Made by a program: the position numbers and the translations under genes | The notes under the pieces: generated by a model | Databases searched by the model: none | Told to the model about the DNA's origin: nothing | The model's input: only the letters and a program-made list of their open reading frames with translations | NCBI GenBank assembly: GCA_040954595.2 | Contig: CM082588.2 | Coordinates: 8,664,844-8,728,843 of the forward strand | Source of the DNA: Balanoglossus misakiensis | Taxonomy: Eukaryota; Animalia; Hemichordata | Direction of reading: 5' to 3' | DNA: 64,000 nt | Part shown: positions 48,201 through 62,825 of the stretch, in pieces | How positions within the stretch are numbered: position 1 is the stretch's first letter | Layout: every line of letters starts with the position of its first letter

Positions 48201-51200
48201 ATGTTATAACTCTTCATAGACAGCCTCACAGGTAATTTTAATATGCACAAGTTGTAGAAATATGTTCCATCATGCTCTTTATAATGAAATCATGTGTTCA
48301 TGGAAAAGCACTATTAAAGTCAACTGCAAATAGCCTAATATATCAGGGAAAATACTACTTTGTTTTAAAAACTTAAAAACATTACCAGCTACATCATCAT
48401 CATCATTATCATTACTGGATGGACTATAATCTTTTAGAGTTAAAAAAAAAAACCTTTATCAACAGAATAATGAGGGGTCATCTGTCTCTCGCTTGTTTTA
48501 AACCAATTTTGAACAGAAGGATTAAACTTTTTTGCCAGCTTCCAGCTTGGCTACAATCTAGTTTCGATCTCATAATACAAATGGAATATTTATGCATATC
48601 AACACACCCGGCAACAAGAACAATGATAGTTTGAAAATATGCATAGATGACCTGGGTGCAATTCTTTTTCCAATAACTTGCTCAGATGTGTCATGTGAGG
48701 GCGCTGTTTAGTATAGAGTTACATAGCGACTTGAATAGAGGTGTATGATAAGTCCTTATTTTGCATAATGTGTGCATGTTTATAAGGGTGATTACTGAAA
48801 ACAAAAACGTGTTCTACTCTTGACAATTCAGCAATGAGTTTGGGAAACTACGCCATGCCATATTTAGGTATTTAACGACTCCCCAGGTCTGCATTTTATC
48901 GCCCCATTTAAAAGGAAAGTTTCTACACAATGTCTCGTCATAATGACTTTGAGCCTAAAATGTCTAGTTTTATTCTTCTATATATGCATGTATTATTAAA
49001 GGGAAGGGGTCGTTGCGCCGCAAGGGTGTCCCCCTTGATGAGAATATGTCTTCCCATACCAGCACAAACCCCACTGCAGTCCCACGACCTACATGTACTA
49101 GGATCTTCAGTTGCTGTCATGCCCAGTCTATGCTACGGTTGGCTGCTTCGTTCATTGATCTAACATCAGGGATTTGTGGATGAATTGTAATGTTTATAAA
49201 CAAACAAATGCGGCCCGATGACCCCTTCACTTTAACTTCTTTCGTATTTTCATCATTTTACTAAGAATCTGAACTGTCATTCTTGTGTGTTCTAATACGT
49301 TGCAACCACCATTTATTAAACTTAGTTGCAATGATTACTGCGGGTGCGGTCAGGTTGATGATAGTGGTGTTCGCAGCACTGCGTCAAGATCGTCAACCTA
49401 GCAGCACTCGCTACAATCATTGCAGCTATGATAAAAGTAATCATTAAGTCAAAGGAGAAAATAAAAGATGAAAAGTATCAGGAAAATCATGCTTTATGGT
49501 TTTGATATCTACCGGTATGTGTGATATTACATCGTATTTGGGAGATGTATACATGTAATATGTGATTTGCCATGGTTTTTTAACTTTTATCTTTTGATTA
49601 TGATAAAATTTTGATGTTTTTACCTCATCAGAATTGATGGGACTGTGTGCTCTTATAACCATGGCGACCAGAGAATTTTTTTTCAGTCAATGTCATATTT
49701 GCAGCCTGCAACATGTACCATGAATGGGCATATATATGAAAATTCATGAAACAACATTTTTGCCTTTAACAGCTAGCCAATCATTGGCAGGTCAAGTTAA
49801 GTTGTGATTGACTGTAGTGACATCATTTCAAAGTGGAAGCCTTTTCAACTTCAAATGACCACTAATGACACACTAATGCCATATTATGTATAACAAATTG
49901 ACCCTATTGGATGAAATATGACATAATGTAGTACATTATGTAGCATAAAGTGTATGAGTCCATTATTACAGCATGTGTCCACATATCTAAAACAAAGATG
50001 AAAAAAGAAGTGATCTCACATTTTTTTTGCAGTGGACGGTCATGCATGCATATAGTACATTATATTTCATATTTTTCATATTTTATTTTATTACTCAACA
50101 TGCACTATCAGAGAGCGCCGTAAGGTACAGTAAAATAGTACATACAGTAAAACCTGTCTAACCGAACCCTGTCTAACCTGGAACACTTGATAATTGGCAC
50201 TTTTTCCTATCCCTAAAAGAACCTCTACAAACCGGACACGTCTGTAAACTGAACAATTTATTCAGTCCCTTTGGTGTTCCAGATAGGTTTTACTGTACTT
50301 CATGTACACACATACCGCTTCTGCGTACTGTACATGTATGAACAGGGTAGACATACAGACAGAGAGATGACGAACGCTGACTGATAAGCTCCCACTGGTC
50401 TATATACATGTACATATACCAAACGAGAGCTAAAATGGAGAATTTTGAAATCAGTCTGCTGGATAAGTAGCGATTGTATTTCTGTTGGGGGTATTAGTTT
50501 CACATTAGACGAGCCCTTGTCTACTAAAGAGCCATTAATCATAGGCACAGTGACAGAAAAGTAAACAAAGCGGACCCAGGTTCATCTCAGAGGCCATCCA
50601 CACATGTCAGCTAAAACAAACATTGATTATTGACTTCAAAACAGGATCGAACCAGAAAAGAAATGACCAACGCAAGAACTGTATGTATGTACATGTGTGT
50701 GCATACGTATGTATGTACGTATGTAACGACATATGTATGTATGTGTGTCCGTTCCCTGTCCACTTCTACCTCCTAACTGACTCCAAATATTATGTGATTA
50801 ACTTCTTCTAACGTCCAAACCACTCGCTTTCTAAAATTTCTGTGTTTACCCATGGAGATAAAATCGATCTCAACATGTAAACACACAAAAATAAATCAGG
50901 AAGTGAGTGGTTCGGAATCATATTTGGAGTCGGTTAGGAGGTAGAAGTAGACAGGGAAAGGACTTTGCTTCAATAAAATCAAAGTTCGGCCGAAAAGCTG
51001 CGGTCCGGATCTGAACCAGTTTTGTCTGGACCTATGCCGTGTAACGCCGCGAACACACAGACCTGAGGGCTAGATTGTCCACTACATGTATCTTCTGTGT
51101 ACTTGGTGTTGTAGATGATGCTATAGCCTCATAGATTTGTAAATGAGATGGGGAAAATGAAAAATCTGTACTTGTACTTAAAGGCACGTAAGCTGCAACT

Positions 51201-54200
51201 GGATAAAAAATCAATGTTTTAAATAATCTCATATATGCTTTTAATTATATCTATTAAATGCTATTTCATGATAATATATCAAGCTCAACACTTATTTATG
51301 ACAAAATGGCCAAAAATTAAAGAAAAACGAAAATTCCTGAAATTTTTAAAAAAGTGCAATATTGCAATGAAAAATGAAAATCTGATGTCTCAGTGGTGTA
51401 CATTTACTTCTATGAGCTCAAGTGGATGAGATCATGTTTTGTTTATGAAGTTTCACAACCGGAAATGCGACGTTTTCATTGTTTCTTTCATTTTCCCACG
51501 GTGGCGGCCATAATCGCTTGCGGCAAAGCTTTATTATTTATCTGGTTAAAACTTGCATATGCACTCATATTTAGGGTTTATAATGCTTGTGTATTGTTCA
51601 CTGCCTTCATCTGCATGGACTAATGGTAGTGCAGTGTGAAACAAAAATTATGAAAATTATCCCAAAAGTTACAGCTTACGTGCCTTTAATGCACTGACAA
51701 TTGGCATTGCTAAAAGTTCATACAGTACCAGTAGTGTTTTAATAATAGAGATGAAAAATCAATTAATGTAACAAGTGGTGGTTGGTGTGTTGATGCAGTA
51801 TTGCAACCAAGTTTGGATTTGTATACCAGCCTCACATTCAGTGGTATTCTAACAGTAACACAATATGCTGATAACAACTTGAAAAAAAAAGAACCTTTGA
51901 ACCACATACCAATGCATTGACTATAAATTTTCCTGTTTTTTTTTTTTTTCAAAAAATGTGTGCAGAACAATTAACATTTTAAAATGGGTTAATAACAAAG
52001 AGAATTGGAATTTTCTGAGGATATTCCAGACCAGTAATGTTGAAGATGGTACCTATGATGAGTGAATGAAATCGTTTTAAAAAAAATCAAAATTCACATT
52101 TTATTTCAGCCTGCACGTACATGTACAACCATACTGCTGGCACTATCCCTCAGATCACAACATTGTCATATTGCAAATAGTGACAAACTGTCTCACTACA
52201 TGCCTCTCCATATGCGTAAAATAATGACAATAATTCTTATGTCAGTGTGATAACAATATGTTTCTGATTCAAGGTGAAATTGTTAATTAGTTTTATGAAG
52301 GCATATAAACATCTGGACATTTGTGATCTATCAGAATATTTTTTACTGAAAAGACATTACACTTGCTTCAAGTCTAAGGGCTTCATTATTTCCTATTTAG
52401 CATGTTTGGAGTAAAAGACAGCGAGTGAGCGTGTATGTCTATGGAGGGCGTAGGCCCATGCAAGTCACGTAGGTCGACGCTAACCAAAACTGTGAGTCCA
52501 GTCCCAAATTCGAAACTCAACTCACTATCAGAAACACGCTCAAAGCAAGCATGCACACAAAAAGTATTGAGATTGTTTATAAAGACAAAAAACCACCGCA
52601 AACACATAAAAAGTATTGACATTCCAAAAATCACCAAATGACTAGTTGGCTAGTCTAAAAAGACATGGAAAACCTCCTACTCTTCCACAGTTTTTCTTTT
52701 CTCCACCTTAGTAATACTGTCACCTATGCAAATTTAGATATAGTTACCATGGCAAAATCACAGATTTTCAGTAGGTGGCTCACGCAAAAAAAAGAGCGCC
52801 ACCATATGTTCTTTAGAACCCTTAAATACATGTACGTCATTTCAGCTATGTATGGGCATATGTAAATTAGAGGTGACCGTGTACCTTTAAACCCCAGGTG
52901 CAACTTCACTTTTTGTAAAATTTCACTAAGACCCTGATCATGGTTTCCTAATTTCGAGCCATCATTGGCAAGGTGTGTGGCAACTTGTTCCTAGTTATTT
53001 TTTATAATGTATAATGATTGTATGGTTCTATAAATTCGAACATTGATTCACTATATATCCAAATGTAGAATTACATAAACAGTGTCTTGTATCAAACATA
53101 ATTAATGGAAAAAGGGCAGCGAGAGAGACTTTGTCCCTTTAAAACATGGTGAAAAGATACAACTAATGGAGTCATTCTGCAGACATACCCCGACTGATTT
53201 TATCCCACCATGATATTCCACCAGCCTTCTCTTAATTTGTTAATCAAGTAAAGGTGATATTGTTGACAATGAGGTGTATATATGAAGTAGGTGGACAGAC
53301 GTTCTCTTCTTTGTTTGGGGTTGGTCACTTCCCTTTTCAACTTTCCATGAATTGTTTTGTGGGAAACTCTGAGTAAATCATTAGCATGGGTCGAACGATG
53401 ACTACATTGATTTCTCTCCATATGTCATCATGATACCGTCTTGTTTTCTATCACTGCCCGCACAAATTATCATTTTATCACAAGTCTCTGCATCCATTGT
53501 GCTCAACTAATAAAATTCTTTCCCTTTTTCAATTCCAAAGATGAAGTTTTTTGTCCGGTCTCCTTTGTACGAGAAAATGATTTGACCCGTTGCCGCGGCA
53601 ACACCATGATTTGTTGCAGTGGGATCAAATATTCATAAATGTTGTAATTTTGAACGAAGTGAAATGCGTTCCCTTTGATGCGTGTATATTTCTGCGTTGA
53701 TGTCAATTTGTTGAATATGATGTTTGATGTGTACACTAAGGATGCGTTGATGTGGAGGACACCGGAATGGAATTGACACGCGACTTTGCCTTCCATCTGG
53801 GCCGGATCAGTGCAATAGGCCAGACTTTGGGAATGGGATTTCAATGCTGTTCTCATGTAGCTCAGCTTTTGAAAAAGAAATGGATTCATTCTACCCAGGC
53901 TATAATCTCACCAATGGAATTCTTGCTTTGATTTCGGATGAACAATGTTTTTTGACAACAATTTTATTTACACCAATGTGTGTGAGATACATACATACAC
54001 ACCAGTACATACTTACTATATATACACATACATACATACATACATACATACATACATACATACATACATACATACATACATACATACATACATACATACA
54101 TACATACATACATACATACATACATACATACATACATACATACATACATACATACATACATACATACATACATACATACATACATACATACATACATGCA

Positions 54201-57200
54201 TGCATGCATGCATGCATACACGCACGCATGCATGCACGCACACACCGGTACATACCACAATCTGGGAAGTTGGAATGAGTAAACGAGTAAACAACAACAC
54301 AAACACTAGTGATGCAAATACGCATGTAGCCTGCCACGAACATGCGTTTACAATTTGCCATATACCCATCGGAATATTGTCCTTGCCATGTCATTTGACA
54401 AGTACCAAAAGTGTGGCGCTTTTTCCCCAAAGTGACAAAGCCCTAAAATGCAACTTCTGCTAACTTTTGTCCACTTTTGTGAAATAACTGTGTGAGCTAT
54501 ACAAGTACATGGCAAAAATGGCTGTTCCTGAATACTAGTAATTTTAACCCGAAGCTAGCACAAATACATCAAGTCAGTCTTGCTGAACGTAATAAGCCTG
54601 TGTATTGGTATTTAAGCTTGTTTAATGCGCCCTCTTCAGTTCAAAGTGGGTATAATTTATGTACAAGAGGATGCAAGTGGCTTGTCTTTTACCTACATTG
54701 TGGTGTACAATAGATGTTGTAAAATGTCACTTTTTCAAGTATTTTCGTTTTTTTCCCCGGCTGTCTGACCAATCTCACCATGAGGCTTATGATGAGAAAT
54801 AAATGAAATAGGGAAGCCTAAATTATGCTTAAAAGTTTAACTTGAATATTGAAGATAACACGATAAAACAAAGTTGAGATATATTATGAAATATTTCTGC
54901 TTGGATTGTAACCTGCAGTAGCATATATACCCTATTAAACAATCTGTCTGTGCTTTGTGTTGAAATTTTACAAGGTGTAGTGCCTACATCCAAACTACAT
55001 TTGTTACCTCATTGTTGGATTTCAGCCTATTTTTCTCCAATCAAATTCTCTTTTTATTCTAACCATACACAGTCCAGTAAACTAATCAAAAACTAATTTC
55101 GCACAATGTGTGAAACGCAGTGGTGACCATATAGCTGTGGGTGTGCAGCGCATGTAGTACACGTGTGTGACTATAAGGTGGCTTTCTGGCTAGCACAATG
55201 GAGAGTGTGCCTTATATACAGTTGAATGCCAAATAATGGGCCTCATTACTTTGCTTTTCTTTGTACCTTACTATTTTCTATCCATTCTTTTGTTGTTCTA
55301 TAATGCAAAAGTATTGTTGGTAACATCTCGCAGCGCCCCATGGTGCATTCCGAACGGTTTTTGGGCCAAATTTAAAATTGCCAGATCTCGGCGCTGATCA
55401 ATATTGTCGGTTAATGAAATCGAGAATAACATCTGGAGATTTTCCTTTTTGCCGTTTCTCGTTTGTGGGAAATCTGATTGGAATTCAATTTTTTTGTGAT
55501 TAATATGAAGAGTGTGTTGAGATTTTATTTGTGAAACCTGTTGACATTCTGACAATATGTTAAAGTTACAAAATACGCAGAATTTGTCGTTTCTTTATTA
55601 AAAACATAAAAAATAGGAAGAATAATAGTGACAGAAATTAAATGAATGTAACAGTTAAAATTTAAAATTATGGTTTTATAATTGAAAGAAAACCTGGTTA
55701 AACAGTTAGAAATACGCCACAGGTAAAATTACCAATGTGGGTGAATACTGTGTCGACCGAGTTGACGCCTTCACATGGTCATATGCGAGTAGACAGCGTG
55801 TAAAATGATGGTTCGTGGGTGACTGGAGTATGGTGGAGACAAAATCTGAGTCGGCCAAAATTCAGGTACCAGCATTGTGCGGACGTGGTCCAAATCTATA
55901 CTGTAAAGGACAGTTACTTAAAGGGACAAAGTCTCTCTCTCGCTGCCCCTTTTCCATTAATTAAGTTTAACATAAGACACCGTTTATGTTATTCTACATG
56001 TGGATATATAGTGAATCAACGTTCAACCACACACACCTTTCATCCCACTTGTAGACACTTTATTCATTTTGGTCCAGTTTTTACTCTGATATCATACAAG
56101 CGGGATGGTAGTTGTGTGTGGTTGAACGTTCATTCACTACATATACACATGTACATTAACATAAATGGTGTCTTGTACCAAACATAATTAATTGGAAAAG
56201 GGCAGCGAGAGAGAGACTTTCTCCCTTTAATCAAACCAGTTGACATGAAGTAAATTACATAGAATGAGCCACAGGGATAAAGATAAGGGAAAATCCATCT
56301 CAAACTATTTCCCTATTGAAACACTGACGAAGAGTTTAAATTGATTTTCATTGAGAAGAAATACGTTGAGAGATTGGATAATGTCACATGTTAATCATGG
56401 TAAGTTGGAGTATTGGTCAATATGGTCAGCATCTTTGTTTGTCGAGTGATGCATTGAACTGAGAAATGAATTTTATAGCTGTGTTATTGGTGTCTATAAT
56501 GACTCCCTTTAGTGTGTCATCAGTCCACCTTGAATTGGTTAGAATACAGACTTGGCTTTATATCAGGTGTTCATTGCGACACAGAAATTATTCTAACAAC
56601 AGAATTGTGAATTTAAATGGTTAAAGGGACAAAGTCTCTCCCTCGCTGCCACTTTTCCATTAATTATGTTTGACACACGACAATGTTTATGTTATTATAC
56701 ATGTGGATATATAGTGAATCAACTTTCGACCACACACAACTTCAATCCGAATTGTAGACAGGAGAGTGAAAAACTCGCCAAAATGAATAATCGGTGTTTA
56801 CCGTTCATTCATTTTGGCGAGATTTTTACTCTCATATCCTGTAAACGAGATGGAAAAATACTTCTACTTTTAATGATCGTACATCCTTAACTGGATAGAT
56901 TTTAGAGGAAGCTAATAAGCAATTGGCTACCAAAATTGTTATCATTATTAGCGCAAACTGGCAAATGGTAACAAGGCAAAACCCCATCAGACTATTCAAA
57001 ATAACTTTCAATATCATTGTGATAGCATGAAAACTAGGTTGTAAATGTTTTATTCGTATGTCAAGTTATTATACACAAAGGGTTGATCAAACTGCAAAAC
57101 TTGATAATTACGAAGTGCTTAGACTATTATTGCAATGCCAATATGTATGTTTGCGTTTAACATTTTCTCTCAAACAGATATTATTGCTAAACAAATAAAG

Positions 57201-60200
57201 TAATGCTAGTAATTTCTGGCTATTTATAATCAAATATTCCATAAATGAAAGAAAAACTTATTCTGTGACTCAAATTTCGGAAAATACACATTGTGTATTT
57301 TGATATGTACATGATGCTTTTAAAAGTAATCAGTCACATTTTGTTGACACATTTCCGTTTTGTGTTTACTGAACAATGGATGGATTTGTGAAGTTGATAC
57401 TTTGTAAACACTCTCAATATATTTAGAAGAAGTATCTAATTGAGGCGATTAACTGTATGAAAACCCAAACATAAATTATTTTGTACAAACACAGACAAAA
57501 CTACAAACTAAGATGTCAACCGCGGTATTTCCTGCTGGATTCCTCAGCAGTAAAACATTGTAGAAATAATATTATTTCATGATTTGGTAATGAAATAGTG
57601 CATGCCAGGTATTTCTAATAAAATTGATGCAATAGTCATGACACACCCAAATTTATTCCACTATTCACTGCCAGCTCATAGAAGATTATTACCATAAAAA
57701 TGATTGAAAATGTCAGTGAGTTTTATTTTAGAGTTCGAGTGATCTTAACGCAAGGGTGAAGGTCAAGGGTCAAAACTTCAACCCAGTTTACGGAAGGCAA
57801 TTAAATTTTGAAGGCAGGTGGAAGGTGAGGCTTTGACACTGACATCTCAGTGTTAGTCGTTGTAATTGACATGTGATTCTACTTGACTGTCACTTCAAAC
57901 TACTCATATATATGTACGTGGTTTAATGTCGGTCAAATGATAATAAATGTTTGTCAGGGAATTCAATGCAAATTACTGACATCATGTAATCTTATAATAA
58001 ATCAACCAGCAGCATGCATCTAAGACTAGTTTAATCCTTAAAATCAAAAGTAACCATTTGTATTAACTATCATGTTAATATTCCTCTAGAGTTTAGTGGA
58101 GACTATGTCATTGACAATGACTTGGTTTTCTATCAGAGTCAGAAAGCACTTTTGCATATTAAGTCGCTTTGACATTTTCTTACAGTGTGTAAGGCACTCT
58201 TACTGGGTTTTTTAAAATTATAATTCTAAGCCATTTTTCGTGGTTTTTTTGGTCAAACTTTCATTCTTGTCATGGTAATGGTACAGAAGACAAAATGACT
58301 TTATAATAAATCATTTAATAATTCCGGAGTAGAATTTGTTGGTTTGCTTGTCACAATGAATGTTCAATAGAAGAGGAGAGCATGGTTGAATTCAGTGTTC
58401 TATCAACTCATTACAGTGGTCTAGTGTCAAGGTCACTGTGCTCCCATTTGATCAGAATTACACGTATACAAGTGTAATATATACTGTGTCAAGTGCATTT
58501 GGCTTCATAGCAAATGATTTCCAACAAACAAAAAACAGGTCTTATGAGGGCGCTTTTTCCAAACCAGGCCAGCACCTACATATTAAACATGTACTGACAA
58601 AACACAGGCATCTGTGACAGCCACTGTCTGGTATGGGAATTTCAATTCTCACACTCCTGGCATGCTGGGAGTGTGAGAACAGAGTGTGAGAACAAATCGA
58701 TCCCACACTCTCACTGAATTGAAAGCTGTATATGACGTACGCGCTGATTGGTTGACAAAGTGTTCTTTTGCTAACGCGCGCTAAATGTTATCCAATGGCG
58801 CGATGTGTATTATAATAGGGACAGAGATTATAATGTGCCAGACGACAGTTCCAGAGTCGTTTATTTAATGTTTTTTTAACGAATTTGGCTAATTTGTGAC
58901 CATGTGAGAAATATAATCTCATACACCAAGGACCTGGGATCATATTTCTCACACTCGTCGGGGATATTTTGTCCCACACTCGCCTGCAACTCGTGTGGGA
59001 CAGAAAATCCCAAACTCGTGTGAGAAATATGATCCCAGGTCCTTGGGAGTGCGAGATTCTATTATTCTGCACCACAAAGAAGCCACAAATTCAGAAACAA
59101 ACTGGCATTCACGAGACGTTCGCCATTTAACACCTATCACCTGTATACATGAACCATCTTCAAATGTAGGCAAATAAAAACTAAAGAATGTGAGTGATGG
59201 CAGTATACATGTAGGTAAAACCTCTGTGGGTTTGGTACCATGTGTGCATGAGCACACCCAAGTTTTAACATGTTTTTACCTTTGAACTCTGACACTCTGG
59301 TGAACTTTGACTGCATGGAGGATTAGAGCAAGGTTAAAATCCCAGTGGCAGCATCTGTATTTTCTTTTGTAAGATATCCAATTATTACCTCCCATCATTT
59401 CCATTCATGTACAGCTGTTTGGCATAAAACATTTATAAAAATGCATTGTTACACACCTATCATGCTACCTTACAAACTGACGTTCAAAGGGAGATAGATA
59501 TTATATAACCATGTGTTTACAAAAAATAAATATTCTGAAATGGCCATCTGAATCGTACTTTCTGTATTTACCATGGATGCAGTGTTTCATCTAGACATGG
59601 GGATGGGGGGGGGGGGTTCACTCCTGTTGACATGTTGGCACCCCCTAGCAATTTGTCAAGAAGGGACCAGTGACCCATAGAATGATGTCATTCACATGTT
59701 CCAATATTTCAGTCCCCCTTCAAGAGTGGGGAACCCCCCCTCCCCCCCCCCCAATATTCAGACAAAGGGGGACATATCCCCATGATGCCATCTTGGATGA
59801 AACACCACATGGATGAATTATATACAGTGTATCTTAAATAAAACAAACTGCACTGATATCAGGAAGAAGAAATCAATGTAGTAAATTCAAAATATTTGAA
59901 TTCAGTTACACCTATATAATATTTCATTCTTGCATTTTTGTTTGTTTCAGCAATCGCACCAAATTATTCTGGTAACAAAGCCATTGGCATCTCAGGTGAT
60001 GGTTGCTATCCAACAAAGGCTATACCACACCCTCCTCAGAATGGAACAGTTGTGGAGGGGGAGAGAGACATGCTGTTACAGGTGGGTAAAAGCCATTTTG
60101 CTTTCCTTCTAGTTAAAGGGACAAAGTCTATCTCTCTCTCACTGCCACTTTTCCATTAATTATGTTTGATACAAGACACTGTTTATGTTATTCTACATGT

Positions 60201-62793
60201 GGATATATAGTGAATCAACATTCAACCACACACACCTTCTATCCTGCTTGTAGACACAAGAGTGAAAAAACTCGCCGAAATGAATTAATCGGTCTTTACC
60301 ATTTATTCATTTTGGGCGAGTTTTTACTCTCATATCATACAAGTGGGTTTACGGTGTTTTATATCAAACATAATTAATGGAAATAGGGCAACGAGAGAGA
60401 GACTTTGTCCCTTTAATATAAATTTACCAGCAGCCAGCCAGGGACTATAATTCACAATTTAAAATCCAAGTCACTTGAGTCAGGTATTCTTTAATATCAA
60501 TCACGTGATCTGGTCATGTGACCCTTGGCGTTGTCATTTTCAGATGACGGGCAAACAATATTTCGACATCCAGTAAAAAAAATTCTGAGTATGTTTTTAC
60601 TTTAGAACCGCCAGACACGTAACATGTATCAGGTATGCTGCCTCGTACACCGTTCGCTTCGGTATTGTCCTCGACGCGCTGCGCTGTACAATGTACTTGG
60701 ACATAAATCCCGGTATTTTGTGAAAACCTTATAATATCATTTCTGTATTTAGGCTCTGAATGGTTTTGTATTAGTGGTAGCATCAGATGGTGTTATATTC
60801 TATGCATCGCCTACAATTCATGATTTTCTAGGATTTCACCAGGTAAGACATAGTTTTCATCTTTATATCATTAACATATTAACTGTTTCTTATACTAGCC
60901 ACGGTCGCAATTTAGCAATTTTATGGCAGTGTGCAGAGGTTACATTTACACAAAAAGTTTGCTTTTTGACGCAAAAAAATACTTACTATATGCAAAAATC
61001 TTATTCAGTGTGTCAATACTGGCTGTACAACGGTCAACGTAAACTGTACAGGCTGACTATGTTTAAAAAGACTTTAGCACAATGGGATCAAAACAACCGA
61101 ACTTTGTACTCAAAATGTAACAACCACTAGTGCACACGTACTTTTGTACTCAAAACGTAGCTAACTTTGTTTAATAAATAATTGAACTAGACATGTGTAC
61201 GACACTGGCTGAAAGGAGTTTGACACATTTTTTTCGATGAATGCCTAAAAAATACACACACACAAAATGGTACTGTGACCTCTGAGTGTGTAGGCATTGC
61301 ATTTGTACTGTAAAATTTGTACTAGTAATTCTTTACTATCAATCACGTGATCTGGCCATGTGACCTATGGCATTGTCATTTACAGATGACGGGCAAGCAA
61401 TATTTCGGCATCCGGTAAAAGTTTTTCCGAGTATGTTTTTAGTTTACTTTAAAACCATCAGACACGAAACATGTATCAGGTATAATGCCTTATCAGCCTC
61501 ATAGCGTTTCGTCTGCACAGTCTTTGTCTGCACCACGTTGTTGATGTTGCCCGTCATCTGGAAATTTGAATGCTAACGTAACTCACTAACTGCCGTCTGT
61601 CTGAGCGTGTCTGACATCATTTGATATCGAAGAATAATAATGAAAGCTGTAACATGAATTGATCCATTAACACAGAGTGATGTGATGAACCAGAGTGTGT
61701 TTGAAATTATTCACACTGAAGATAGGAATGAATTTCGTCGACAACTTAACAGCAATACAATAATCAAAGCAGAGGAACATGGCAATGGTTCGCCAGCAGA
61801 ATCCAGCGGTCCAATGGCAAGACAAGGTGAGTTGTTTATTGGTTGTTGTTATGACAACGGAATGCTTATTGGTTGATGTGATTTGCCTCTTTACATTAAA
61901 GGGACATAAGCTGTAACTTTTGGCTTTATTTCCAGTAGTTTTGTTCTGTGTATCAAATGCAATTTCTTGTTCTACTTCAAACAGCATGCTTATACCGTAC
62001 TTGCTCGGGTAAGAGCCCCGGGTGCTGGGCCCCCAAATTGACGAAAAAAGCAGGGGGGTGGGGGGGGGGCGTTTGCCAGGACACCACCTCGACTTTTTTG
62101 CAAATGAGGGCCTAGGGACATGAGGAAGGGGTGAATAATGATGCAAATAACATGGCAAAACATTTCACGGTCAAACATTGTACTTTATTAAATAATTAAA
62201 AGTTTTTTCCCATAAATCAAATACAGAAAATATATTACAGTCGCTGCCAATTAATCGGGACACCACGGGCGCAGACAAAACATCCTGTTTAACCGGGACA
62301 TTGGTAAATGGTCGATCCCACCCATGCATTTAATACTTAGACGTCGACGGACGGACGCACGTAAATACATCTATCTTTATCGTGGAAATCATGCCTTTCC
62401 CTACCGGAATTTTTGAGTGGTTCATTCTCCGAGTCCAAGTCGGGATCTTCCAATTTTGGGTGTTTCGCGTCGAGGACGGACTGAAGCAGCTCCACGCGGC
62501 CGCTTTGGAAAGCTCCCCGGTGACCTCATACGCGGCAGCGCGTCCATCTACGTGATCGTTGAATTCGAGGCACGGTCCCGAGGGACCTGTCTGAGGTCAT
62601 GTTATCTAGAGCGGCTATCTATAACTCAGCGTGGTCAGTTGGCCGCCGTGGGTACGATAATCAGCGCGAAAGTCAATCATCATATGGAAATTGTTTGCCG
62701 TCGCAGACGTTTTTTTTAATTTTCTATGGGGATGAAAATCCGCCTTTTTGCATTGCACTTTATTAAATTTCCAAGAATTTAATGGATATTCGG

Positions 62794-62825
<32 letters not shown>

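Noticed and set aside
53844-54463. Several overlapping ORFs of 110-176 aa
   Set aside because: They are artefacts of the stop-free (TACA)n microsatellite. The same applies to ORFs over the (GTT)n, (TATTG)n, (ATC)n, (GA)n and TCTG/TCCA repeats.
61655-61675. The AHR exon 5 acceptor lacks a pyrimidine tract and has TCCATTAAC, resembling a U12 branch site
   Set aside because: The matching donor at 60843 is GTAAGA (U2-type), not GTATCCTT, and the branch match is imperfect.
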